NCBI GenBank assembly: GCA_020632535.1
Contig: JACKFJ010000003.1
Coordinates: 102,166-166,165 of the forward strand
Reading direction: 5' to 3'
Length of the DNA stretch: 64,000 bases
Origin: Candidatus Omnitrophota bacterium
GTDB lineage: Bacteria; Omnitrophota; Gorgyraeia; Zapsychrales; JANLHA01
Both the position numbers and the translations under genes were made by a program. Positions 48,630 to 56,691 of this stretch are shown one piece after another. The notes under the pieces are model-generated. The model ran no database searches. It was not told the DNA's origin and saw only the letters and a list, made by a program, of their open reading frames with translations. Every line of letters starts with the position of its first letter. Position 1 is the first letter of the stretch.

Positions 48630-49013
48630 AGCTTTTCGCATTTCCTTTGGCAAAGGGATCTTTTTCCCAGTCTTTTTCGAAATAGTGACATGAACGGTTT
48701 TGGCAGTTCCGACCAAAATATTGCTATTCTTCAAAAGCTGATAACTAAACGAAAATGATGTCTCACCAATATGACTGACACTCACTTTAATTGTCAAACG
48801 ATCGCCAACAAAAAGCGGTTTTTTATAATCACTCTCTGCGTGAACAATCGGAAGGAAGTAACTTTTTTCCCGCAACATGACCGAAAAACCAATTCCGCGA
48901 CTATCGAGCAATTCTTCATACGCATCATGAATCAATTTGAATTGCTGACTAAAAAACAATAGCCCCGCGGCATCCGTTTCGTGAAGTTTGATTGTCGTTT
49001 TGTATGTAAACAT
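48618..49013 (-). CDS. hotdog-fold (4HBT-type) thioesterase, candidate DHNA-CoA thioesterase
   Basis: 131 aa. The ETDAAGLLFFSQ pattern is typical of 4HBT thioesterases. It is convergent with menE and overlaps it by 12 nt. The functional assignment comes from context. Confidence 0.65.
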   Translation of the reverse strand: MFTYKTTIKLHETDAAGLLFFSQQFKLIHDAYEELLDSRGIGFSVMLREKSYFLPIVHAESDYKKPLFVGDRLTIKVSVSHIGETSFSFSYQLLKNSNILVGTAKTVHVTISKKTGKKIPLPKEMRKALGK

Positions 49014-49126
49014 AAATTCTCCCGAGTAAAAGTTTTATTAAGCAAAAAAATTATAGCACAGACCTGATCATTTTTTAGGAAATCTTGAATTTTATCGTCG
49101 GTATAATTAACATTTTTTTTCTTCTG

Positions 49127-49154
49127 TTGACAAAATTTTCAAAAATTGTAAGAT
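49127..49154 (+). promoter_or_regulatory. sigma70-like promoter of aqpZ-tpx-sodA
   Basis: TTGACA (49127-49132), 16 nt, TAAGAT (49149-49154), with TG immediately upstream of the -10. Confidence 0.5.
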
Positions 49155-49193
49155 ACCTAAACTTAAGGAAAACCCACCGCAAAAAAGGAAAAA

Positions 49194-49868
49194 TTGTTGA
49201 ACTTTAAAGCCTTCATCGCAGAATTTATTGGAACTTTCACTTTGATCTTTATTGGTGTCGGCGCAATCGCCAGCAATTACCTCAACAACGGAGCAACCGG
49301 ATTAACCGGCATTGCTTTAGCGCATGGTTTAGCCATCGCAGTCATGGCTACCGCAACGGCCGCGATCAGCGGTGGTCACCTTAACCCTGCGGTTACAATT
49401 GGCCTATTATCAGCCGGCCGAATCAACATCGCAAATGCCATAGGCTATATCATCGCGCAATGTTTGGGCGCGATTGTAGGTGCTTTCCTCATTAAGCTCT
49501 GTATGCCAATAAACGCTTTAGCCGCTGTCGGTATGGGCACACCAGCCATTGGCGCGGAAATCGAACCCAGCATGGCATTGATTACCGAAATCATTTTAAC
49601 GTTCATTTTGGTCTTTGTCATTTACGGCACGGCCGTTGACAAACGTGCCCCGCAAATGGGTGGATTATATATCGGTTTGGCAGTTGCTTTAGATGTTTTG
49701 ATGGGCGGCCCCATTAGCGGCGCGGCCATGAACCCAGCTCGGCATTTAGGACCAGCACTGTTAGGCGGTGGGATGCAAAACACTTGGCTTTATTGGGTAG
49801 GACCGATTATTGGTGGAATTTTGGCCGCTCAAGTTTATGCGAATATTTTTGAAAAGAAACATTTATAA
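49194..49868 (+). CDS. aqpZ: aquaporin (MIP family, AqpZ-like)
   Basis: 224 aa. TTG start (49194 or 49197) after AAGGAA. Two NPA boxes: HLNPAVT and MNPARH. Confidence 0.9.
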   Translation: MLNFKAFIAEFIGTFTLIFIGVGAIASNYLNNGATGLTGIALAHGLAIAVMATATAAISGGHLNPAVTIGLLSAGRINIANAIGYIIAQCLGAIVGAFLIKLCMPINALAAVGMGTPAIGAEIEPSMALITEIILTFILVFVIYGTAVDKRAPQMGGLYIGLAVALDVLMGGPISGAAMNPARHLGPALLGGGMQNTWLYWVGPIIGGILAAQVYANIFEKKHL

Positions 49869-49885
49869 ATCGAGAGGAGAAGCAC

Positions 49886-50407
49886 ATGCCAGTCTTAGAA
49901 AGAAATAATATTGTCACAATGAAGGGAAATGCCATTACATTACTCGGAAACGACGTTTCCGTAGGGCAAAAAGCCCCGGAAGCGACCGTGGTTGCCAATG
50001 ATCTTTCGGAAGTTCAAATTTCCTCTTTCTTTGGAAAAAAATTGATCATTTCCGTTGTTCCGTCTTTAGATACCGGAACATGTGATTTACAAACGAAGCG
50101 TTTTAATAAAGAAGCCGGAAATCTCGGTGACACCGTAAAGATTTTAACGATCAGCATGGATCTTCCATTTGCGCAAAAGCGTTGGTGCGGGGCGACAGCC
50201 AGCGATAAAATTCAAACATTATCAGATTACCGCTATGGATCATTTGGCGAAGCGTATGGTTTGTTGATCAAAAATTTACGCCTTTTAACTCGCGCCATTC
50301 TTATCATTGATGAAACGGGAACAATTCAATATAAGCAGCTTGTCACAGAAGTGACCAAAGAACCCGATTACGAATCTGTTTTAACCGCTTTGAAATCTAT
50401 TAAGTAA
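49886..50407 (+). CDS. tpx: thiol peroxidase (atypical 2-Cys peroxiredoxin)
   Basis: 173 aa. Contains [12 protein letters not shown], holding the peroxidatic Cys. GAGGAG SD upstream. Confidence 0.9.
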   Translation: MPVLERNNIVTMKGNAITLLGNDVSVGQKAPEATVVANDLSEVQISSFFGKKLIISVVPSLDTGTCDLQTKRFNKEAGNLGDTVKILTISMDLPFAQKRWCGATASDKIQTLSDYRYGSFGEAYGLLIKNLRLLTRAILIIDETGTIQYKQLVTEVTKEPDYESVLTALKSIK

Positions 50408-50430
50408 CAGATACCGACGAGGAGGACATC

Positions 50431-51051
50431 ATGGCTTTTTCATTACCCAATTTACCCTACGCGACGAACGCGCTTGAACCGCATATTGACGCGAAAACAA
50501 TGGAAATTCATCACGGCAAACATCACGCGGCTTATGTCAATAATTTAAACAAAGCGCTTGAAGGAAAACCAGATCTTGAAAGCAAGTCCATTGAACAATT
50601 GATCAGCAAAATTTCGGACATCCCAGAAGCAATTCGCGGTGCTGTTCGCAACAATGGCGGTGGACACTGGAATCATGCGATGTTTTGGAACATTTTAAGT
50701 GCAAAGGGCGGCGGCAAACCAAGTGGCGAACTCGCGCAAGCCATTGACAAAGATTTTGGAAATTTTGATACCTTTAAGGAAAAATTTGCTCAGGCGGCAA
50801 CGACACGTTTCGGCAGTGGCTGGGCATGGCTTATTGTCAGCAACGGAAAACTTGTCATCGGTTCCACACCCAATCAGGACAATCCACTCATGGATGTTTC
50901 TGATTTTAAAGGCAAACCGATTTTCGGTCTTGATGTATGGGAACATGCGTATTATTTGAATTATCAAAATCGTCGACCTGATTACATCGCCGCGTTTTGG
51001 AATGTGATCGACTGGACGGCTGTCACGAAAAATTATACCGCCGCAAAATAA
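50431..51051 (+). CDS. sodA: superoxide dismutase, Mn-type by signature residues
   Basis: 206 aa. HHGKHH, GGGHWNH (Mn-type GGGH), NQDNPL (Mn-type Gln), DVWEHAYY. Confidence 0.9.
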   Translation: MAFSLPNLPYATNALEPHIDAKTMEIHHGKHHAAYVNNLNKALEGKPDLESKSIEQLISKISDIPEAIRGAVRNNGGGHWNHAMFWNILSAKGGGKPSGELAQAIDKDFGNFDTFKEKFAQAATTRFGSGWAWLIVSNGKLVIGSTPNQDNPLMDVSDFKGKPIFGLDVWEHAYYLNYQNRRPDYIAAFWNVIDWTAVTKNYTAAK

Positions 51052-51060
51052 TGCAATCAC

Positions 51061-51094
51061 TCCGATCCGGTTGCAAAACCGGATCGGAATTTTC
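51061..51094 (+). terminator. rho-independent terminator after sodA
   Basis: TCCGATCCGGTT-gcaa-AACCGGATCGGA is a perfect 12-bp stem followed by ATTTTCT. Confidence 0.8.
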
Positions 51095-51158
51095 TCTCGA
51101 GAGAGTTCTAAATTAGAAGTTTTTTTGAAAAATATTATTGACAAAGTTTTCACGTAAT

Positions 51159-51174
51159 ATACTATATCTAGTAG
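51159..51174. promoter_or_regulatory. NrdR-box-like site 1 upstream of nrdA
   Basis: ATACTATATCTAGTAG matches the recalled NrdR consensus acaCwAtATaTwGtgt at about 12/16. A TTGACA -35 hexamer lies at 51138-51143. Confidence 0.5.
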
Positions 51175-51189
51175 TTAATAATTAATTGT

Positions 51190-51205
51190 TTCCGATATAT
51201 TGTGC
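51190..51205. promoter_or_regulatory. NrdR-box-like site 2 upstream of nrdA
   Basis: TTCCGATATATTGTGC matches at about 11/16. Its centre is 31 bp from site 1, which is the expected tandem spacing. Confidence 0.5.
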
Positions 51206-51358
51206 TCTTCTCCTCATGAAAAAGTTCTTCATAAACTTAGCAGCAATCAACCAAAAAACTTAAATGAATAGTTACACCCACAAGGATTTTTTGTCTCTAA
51301 ACGCTAAAATATTAACAATATTACCGCTCTGTGGTTTTAACGAAGGAGAAATTTCCCC

Positions 51359-54300
51359 ATGTCTAAAGAAATCCTGATCCGCTCCGACCGCAAAGTTCAA
51401 AAACGCAACGGCCAATTTGTCGCCTTCAACGCGACACGTATCACAAATGCCATTGCTAACGCTTTCAAACAACATCACAATTTGCCTCGTGAAGCCCAAC
51501 TATCGGCTGATATTTTGCAAGATGTTGAGCGAGTCGCCGCCAATGTTTTTTCTGTCTTACAGGAAAAATTTGAAAGCCGTGAATCTGTCACAGTTGAAGA
51601 AATTCAAGATGATGCCATTCGTCAACTCTATGAAAGCGGATTCAAAGATATTGCTGAAATTTATGCCGATTATCGTAAAGAACGTGCCGCCAAGCGTGCC
51701 AGTCTCGATATTTATAGCAGCATCAAACGTGATGGACGTGTTGTTTCATTTAAACCAGAAAAAATCACCAATGCCGTTGCCAAAGCTTTAGCGGCACATA
51801 AAAACGGACAAATTGATGCTGATCTCCTCGCGCAAGCCGAAAAAATTTGCGCTGAGGTCGTCAACGAAATTCATCGTCAATGGCCGGAAGGTAAAGCGAT
51901 ACATATTGAAGAAATTCAAGACCTTGTCGAAAAAGCCTTGATGAAATTCAACATGCATGACGTGGCCAAAGGTTATATCCTTTACCGTGAAAATCGCGCT
52001 AAAGCTCGTCAAGATAAAATCGGAGATCTCGGTGTCACATTAGAATGGGTCAAAAAGATTAATGTCAAAGGAACCGATGGCCGCGAACGTCCTTTTAATA
52101 TCGATGAATTTCGCTTTACCATTGATACCTGCTGCCAAGGTTTAGCAAATGTCTCGACGGACAAAATCCTTTTTGAAGCTGTCAAAAGCTATTACAACGG
52201 TATCACCGAAGAAAAGATGGCCATTGCTAATATTATGTCCGCCAAGTCTTTTCTTGAAATTGAACCCAATTACACGTTCGCCGCGGCTCGACTTTTATTA
52301 CTTAAAATTTATAATGAAACATTGGAAAAGGAAGTGAGCTTTGAAGGCATCAAGGCGGAATATCCACGTTATTTTGCGACATTTATCAAAACTGCCGTTG
52401 AGCTTGAATTGTTAAGTCCTGCACTTTTGGAATTCGATTTGACCTTTTTAGGCAATAATCTTCAACCAAAACGTGACTTTCTTTTTCGCTACATGGGATT
52501 GCAAACGCTATATGATCGCTATTTTATTCATTCCAACGGACGACGTTTAGAGTTGCCGCAAATTTTCTGGATGCGCGTAGCCATGGGATTGGCGCAAGGA
52601 GAAGGGGCACAAAAAAACCAGCGTGCTGTTGAATTTTATAATATTCTGTCGTCATTCCGCTTTATTTCATCAACACCGACATTATTCAATTCCGGAACTT
52701 TGCATTCCCAATTGTCATCATGCTTTTTAACAACAATTGACGATGATCTTCTCCATATTTTCAAGTGCATCCAAGACGATGCCATGCTTTCAAAATGGAG
52801 CGGCGGGCTCGGTAATGATTGGACCAGTGTGCGCTCAATGGGAGCAAGAATCAAAGGCACCAACGGCAAAAGCCAAGGGGTTATTCCGTTCCTAAAAGTC
52901 GCCAATGACACCGCGATTGCCGTCAATCAAGGTGGGAAGCGACAAGGAGCTATGTGCGCTTACCTTGAAGTCTGGCACCATGACATTGAAGAATTTCTTG
53001 AATTACGCAAGAATACGGGTGATGATCGTCGTCGAACCCATGACATGCACACGGCAAATTGGATTCCTGATCTTTTTATGAAACGCGTCAAGGCCAATGC
53101 CAACTGGTCATTATTTAGCCCAAATGAAGCTCCTGAGTTGCATGAACTTTGCGGGAGCGCTTTTGAAAAAAAATATGAAGAATATGAACGCCTCGGTCGC
53201 AGTGGCCGCTTAAGCCTTTATAAGGAAATTCCAGCTATTCAATTATGGCGAAAAATGCTCAACATGCTTTTTGAAACTGGACACCCATGGATGACATGGA
53301 AAGATCCATCAAATATCCGTTCCCCGCAAGATCATGTCGGAGTCGTACATAGCTCAAACCTCTGTACCGAAATTCTTCTCAACACATCCAAAGAAGAAAC
53401 CGCAGTCTGCAACTTGGGTTCCATCAACCTTGCGGCTCATACGACACCCGAAGGATTAGATTTACCTAAACTTCAAGAAACAATTCGCGCCGCTGTTCGC
53501 ATGTTGGATAATGTCATTGATATTAATTATTACCCGACAGCGGAAGCTAAAACTGCTAATCAGCGTCATCGCCCAATTGGTATGGGCATTATGGCCTTTC
53601 AAGATGCTCTCTGGATCCAAAATTTAAGCTACGCGTCACAGCAAGCGGTTGAATTTAGTGATGCGAGCATGGAAGCGATCGCGTATTACGGTATTTTGGC
53701 TTCTGTTGAATTAGCCAAAGAAAAGGGAGCATACTCGACATATAAGGGTTCCAAATGGGATCGCGGCATGCTTCCACTTGATACATTAGCCTTATTAGAA
53801 AAAGAGCGCGGCGGTTATTTAAACGTTGACCGCAGTAGCCGCATGAATTGGGAACCTGTCCGTGCCGCCATCAAAGCATCAGGGATGCGCAACAGCCTTG
53901 TCATGGCGATCGCGCCAACGGCCACCATCGCCAACATCATCGGCGTAACTTCATCGGTTGAACCGCTTTATAAGAACATCTTTGTCAAAAGCAATTTGTC
54001 CGGCGAATTTACCGTTGTTAATGAGTTCCTCGTTGACGATCTTAAAAAGATCAACCTCTGGGACAAAGAAATGATTGATGACCTCAAATATTTTGACGGC
54101 AGTATTCAAGAAATTGAACGTATTCCAACAGATCTCAAACAAAAATACGCTACTGCTTTTGAAGTTGAATATGAGTGGTTGATCGAAGCGGCAAGTCGCC
54201 GTCAAAAATGGATTGATATGGGCCAATCCTTAAACCTCTATCAAGCCAAACCTAATGGACAAAAAGTCAGCGATATGTATATGTTCGCGTGGGAAAAAGG

Positions 54301-54535
54301 TTTAAAAACCACCTACTATTTGCGTTCGATGGGAGCAACCCGTATTGAAAAAAGCACTTTGGATATTGCCAATGCAAAATACAGCGGAAATATCGTTGGA
54401 AAACGAGATCGTGATGATTCCGGTAAAACTGGTATTGTCAGTTTAGACGAAGCCAGCGCACAAAACCGAGTATCTGTTAACGCAAGCAAGCCATTGAGTG
54501 TCGAACCTAAAGAAGACTGTGAAGCCTGCCAATAG
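51359..54535 (+). CDS. nrdA: ribonucleoside-diphosphate reductase alpha subunit with three N-terminal ATP-cones
   Basis: 1058 aa. Three cone-like segments (aa ~5-107, ~121-214, ~233-320), each with a K/R-R-(D/N)-G...F start and an EEIQD...Y..YR end. The catalytic core contains SNLCTEI. The C-terminal tail is CEAC. Confidence 0.95.
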   Translation: MSKEILIRSDRKVQKRNGQFVAFNATRITNAIANAFKQHHNLPREAQLSADILQDVERVAANVFSVLQEKFESRESVTVEEIQDDAIRQLYESGFKDIAEIYADYRKERAAKRASLDIYSSIKRDGRVVSFKPEKITNAVAKALAAHKNGQIDADLLAQAEKICAEVVNEIHRQWPEGKAIHIEEIQDLVEKALMKFNMHDVAKGYILYRENRAKARQDKIGDLGVTLEWVKKINVKGTDGRERPFNIDEFRFTIDTCCQGLANVSTDKILFEAVKSYYNGITEEKMAIANIMSAKSFLEIEPNYTFAAARLLLLKIYNETLEKEVSFEGIKAEYPRYFATFIKTAVELELLSPALLEFDLTFLGNNLQPKRDFLFRYMGLQTLYDRYFIHSNGRRLELPQIFWMRVAMGLAQGEGAQKNQRAVEFYNILSSFRFISSTPTLFNSGTLHSQLSSCFLTTIDDDLLHIFKCIQDDAMLSKWSGGLGNDWTSVRSMGARIKGTNGKSQGVIPFLKVANDTAIAVNQGGKRQGAMCAYLEVWHHDIEEFLELRKNTGDDRRRTHDMHTANWIPDLFMKRVKANANWSLFSPNEAPELHELCGSAFEKKYEEYERLGRSGRLSLYKEIPAIQLWRKMLNMLFETGHPWMTWKDPSNIRSPQDHVGVVHSSNLCTEILLNTSKEETAVCNLGSINLAAHTTPEGLDLPKLQETIRAAVRMLDNVIDINYYPTAEAKTANQRHRPIGMGIMAFQDALWIQNLSYASQQAVEFSDASMEAIAYYGILASVELAKEKGAYSTYKGSKWDRGMLPLDTLALLEKERGGYLNVDRSSRMNWEPVRAAIKASGMRNSLVMAIAPTATIANIIGVTSSVEPLYKNIFVKSNLSGEFTVVNEFLVDDLKKINLWDKEMIDDLKYFDGSIQEIERIPTDLKQKYATAFEVEYEWLIEAASRRQKWIDMGQSLNLYQAKPNGQKVSDMYMFAWEKGLKTTYYLRSMGATRIEKSTLDIANAKYSGNIVGKRDRDDSGKTGIVSLDEASAQNRVSVNASKPLSVEPKEDCEACQ

Positions 54536-54632
54536 GCAGACCGAAATCCCCGCGTATTGATTTTTGAACATCTGACGAGAAAATCAGCAGGGACGAAGCG
54601 TAATTAATTTTATTAAAATTAAGGAATACTCC

Positions 54633-55685
54633 ATGACCGATAAATTTCTCTGTGGCAACATGAGTAAAGACCGCGTTACGATTGACAAAAAACGAATTAT
54701 CAATAATGATCGTACCGTTGACTGCAATCAGCTTGTTCCAATCAAATATCGCTGGGCATGGAATTATTATCTTGATGGTTGTGCCAACAGCTGGATGCCG
54801 ACCGAAGTCTCCATGCAGCGCGATATTGAACAGTGGAAGGATCCCAAAGCTTTCACAAAGGAAGAACGTCACGTCGTAAAGCGCGTCCTCGGTTTCTTTG
54901 CAACCGCAGAATCCCTCGTGGGTAATAATCTTGTTTTGGCCATTTACAAATGTATCGATAATCCGGAAGCCCGTCAGTATTTATTGCGCCAAGCTTTTGA
55001 AGAAGCGGTGCATATTCACACTTTTCAATATATTGTACAATCTCTGTCCCTTGATGAGGGCGAGATGTTTAATATGTACCGCGAAATTGAAACAATTTAC
55101 AATAAAGACCAATACGCCATGAGCTGTACACACAGCGTCCTTGATCCCAATCTTGATACCACGACAAAACAAGGTCTGCAGACATTGGTCAAAAATCTCG
55201 TTGGATTATATGTTGTAACAGAAGGAATTTTCTTCTACGGCGGGTTCGTGACCATGTTATCGTTTGGACGACAAAATCGTTTGCCCGGAACATGCGAGCA
55301 AATTCAATATATTTTACGTGATGAAAGTATTCATATGAATTTTGGAATTGATCTGATCAATACCATTCGTGAAGAAAATCCTCAGATTTGGGATCAAAAA
55401 TTTGAAGCGGAAATCATCGAGTTCATAAAAAATGCGGTAACAATTGAACAAAGCTATTGTGAAGAATGCCTAGCAGAGGGCATATTAGGTTTAAATCCGC
55501 CTTTATTAAAGGAATACGTTCAATATATTGCTGATCGTCGCTTTAAGCGTCTTGGTTTACCGGAACAATATCATTCCACAAATCCATTCCCATGGATGAG
55601 CGAACTCATCGACCTCAAAAAGGAAAAGAACTTCTTCGAAACGCGTGTGACCGAATATCAAACCGGCGGCGCCCTCGAATGGTAA
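54633..55685 (+). CDS. nrdB: ribonucleotide reductase beta subunit, class Ic-like (Phe at the radical-Tyr position)
   Basis: 350 aa. The first metal ligand is Glu (FFATAESLV). The second motif, EEAVHIHTF, places Phe131 (TTT, 55023-55025) where class Ia has the radical Tyr. Confidence 0.92.
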   Translation: MTDKFLCGNMSKDRVTIDKKRIINNDRTVDCNQLVPIKYRWAWNYYLDGCANSWMPTEVSMQRDIEQWKDPKAFTKEERHVVKRVLGFFATAESLVGNNLVLAIYKCIDNPEARQYLLRQAFEEAVHIHTFQYIVQSLSLDEGEMFNMYREIETIYNKDQYAMSCTHSVLDPNLDTTTKQGLQTLVKNLVGLYVVTEGIFFYGGFVTMLSFGRQNRLPGTCEQIQYILRDESIHMNFGIDLINTIREENPQIWDQKFEAEIIEFIKNAVTIEQSYCEECLAEGILGLNPPLLKEYVQYIADRRFKRLGLPEQYHSTNPFPWMSELIDLKKEKNFFETRVTEYQTGGALEW

Positions 55686-55738
55686 AGCAATAGCAATAAA
55701 TTCGAAGCAATTCCGCGAATGTTTGCTATACTTGACCC

Positions 55739-56155
55739 ATGCCTTGCAGTGATTCCTCATCCAGCATTTTTATCAAACTCGATCACGAAGAGAAATTTGT
55801 TTCTTTTCAATTCGCCAAAATTACGTGCGGACGAGAAATCACCGCGGAAACTGCTTTTTCAAAATATCTCAAGAACAAAACCCTCGATGAAATTCTCATG
55901 CTTCCATACACAAAAGCAATCAATGATCTTCATCTTACCGATGATGAAGCCCGTTTTGTTCTGCATTTGGAATGGGATGCTTTACGTGCCGCAATTGCGC
56001 AATATTTGGGAAGACAAGAAGATGGAATTGATTTTGACCGCTGCAAGATAACTTCCATTGCTCACACCGATAGCGGCATCGAAATCGCCGAAATTGTCCT
56101 GCCACCGAAAGAAATGCCAAAAATTCTTCCCTGCAGTTTAGGCGACAAAAAATAA
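55739..56155 (+). CDS. hypothetical protein; a degenerate IscU/NifU-N-like domain with a C-terminal extension
   Basis: 138 aa. By eye it aligns to E. coli IscU from the first Cys: PCSD...FAKITCGREITAETAFSKYLKNKTLDEI against ACGD...[28 protein letters not shown]. The third scaffold Cys is replaced (LHLEW against IHCSIL). No SD is seen. Confidence 0.45.
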   Translation: MPCSDSSSSIFIKLDHEEKFVSFQFAKITCGREITAETAFSKYLKNKTLDEILMLPYTKAINDLHLTDDEARFVLHLEWDALRAAIAQYLGRQEDGIDFDRCKITSIAHTDSGIEIAEIVLPPKEMPKILPCSLGDKK

Positions 56156-56177
56156 AAATACCGTGATGGAAAGTCTT

Positions 56178-56687
56178 TTAAGTTTCTTCATGGCCGCGCG
56201 CCATAACAACTTTGCCAGTGCGGACCATTTCGATGAGATGATATTTCTTCAATGCGGACTCAAATTCATTAAGTTCGGCGGTCGTACCAGATTGCGAAAT
56301 CACCAAAACATTCTTTGTCGTATCCATGATGGTGGCTTTATATTTTTTAGTGAGTTTGGCAATATGCGGCTTTGTCGCGGGCGTAAATTTCACTTTCACA
56401 AGTGCTAATTCATGATGTACCGCATCAACATCACTGTGCTCACTCACGTGAATAACATCAATAAGCTTATTAACCTGCTTAATAATTTGATCTAATGTCT
56501 TTGGATCACCTTGAGCGGTTATTGTCATTCGTGAAAACTTTTCATTAAACGCAGGGGAGACAACCAAAGCATCGATATTGTATGCTCGTCTGGCAAAAAC
56601 TAAAGCAACACGCACAAGCACGCCCGGCTTATTAGCCACAAGCATGCTAATTGTATGAATATTCTTTTTATCAGCAATTTCATTCAT
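56178..56687 (-). CDS. ilvN: acetolactate synthase small (regulatory) subunit
   Basis: 169 aa. ACT domain HTISMLVANKPGVLVRVALVFARRAYNIDAL. Confidence 0.9.
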   Translation of the reverse strand: MNEIADKKNIHTISMLVANKPGVLVRVALVFARRAYNIDALVVSPAFNEKFSRMTITAQGDPKTLDQIIKQVNKLIDVIHVSEHSDVDAVHHELALVKVKFTPATKPHIAKLTKKYKATIMDTTKNVLVISQSGTTAELNEFESALKKYHLIEMVRTGKVVMARGHEET

Positions 56688-56691
56688 AAGC

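Noticed and set aside
54536-54632. GACGAAGCG string in the nrdA-nrdB spacer, and GAAGCAATC at about 28462, considered as extra copies of the palindromic repeat
   Set aside because: These are only 9-nt partial matches without the flanking inverted arms, which is likely coincidental.
55719-56051. 110-aa ORF overlapping the IscU-like ORF in another frame
   Set aside because: Its translation (MFAILDPCLAVIPHPAFLSNSITKRNLFLFNSPKLRADEK...) looks like out-of-frame noise. The 55739 frame gives the IscU-like alignment. Neither start has an SD, so residual uncertainty remains.
56163-56408. 81-aa plus-strand ORF after the IscU-like gene
   Set aside because: It is entirely antisense to the well-supported ilvN ACT-domain gene.
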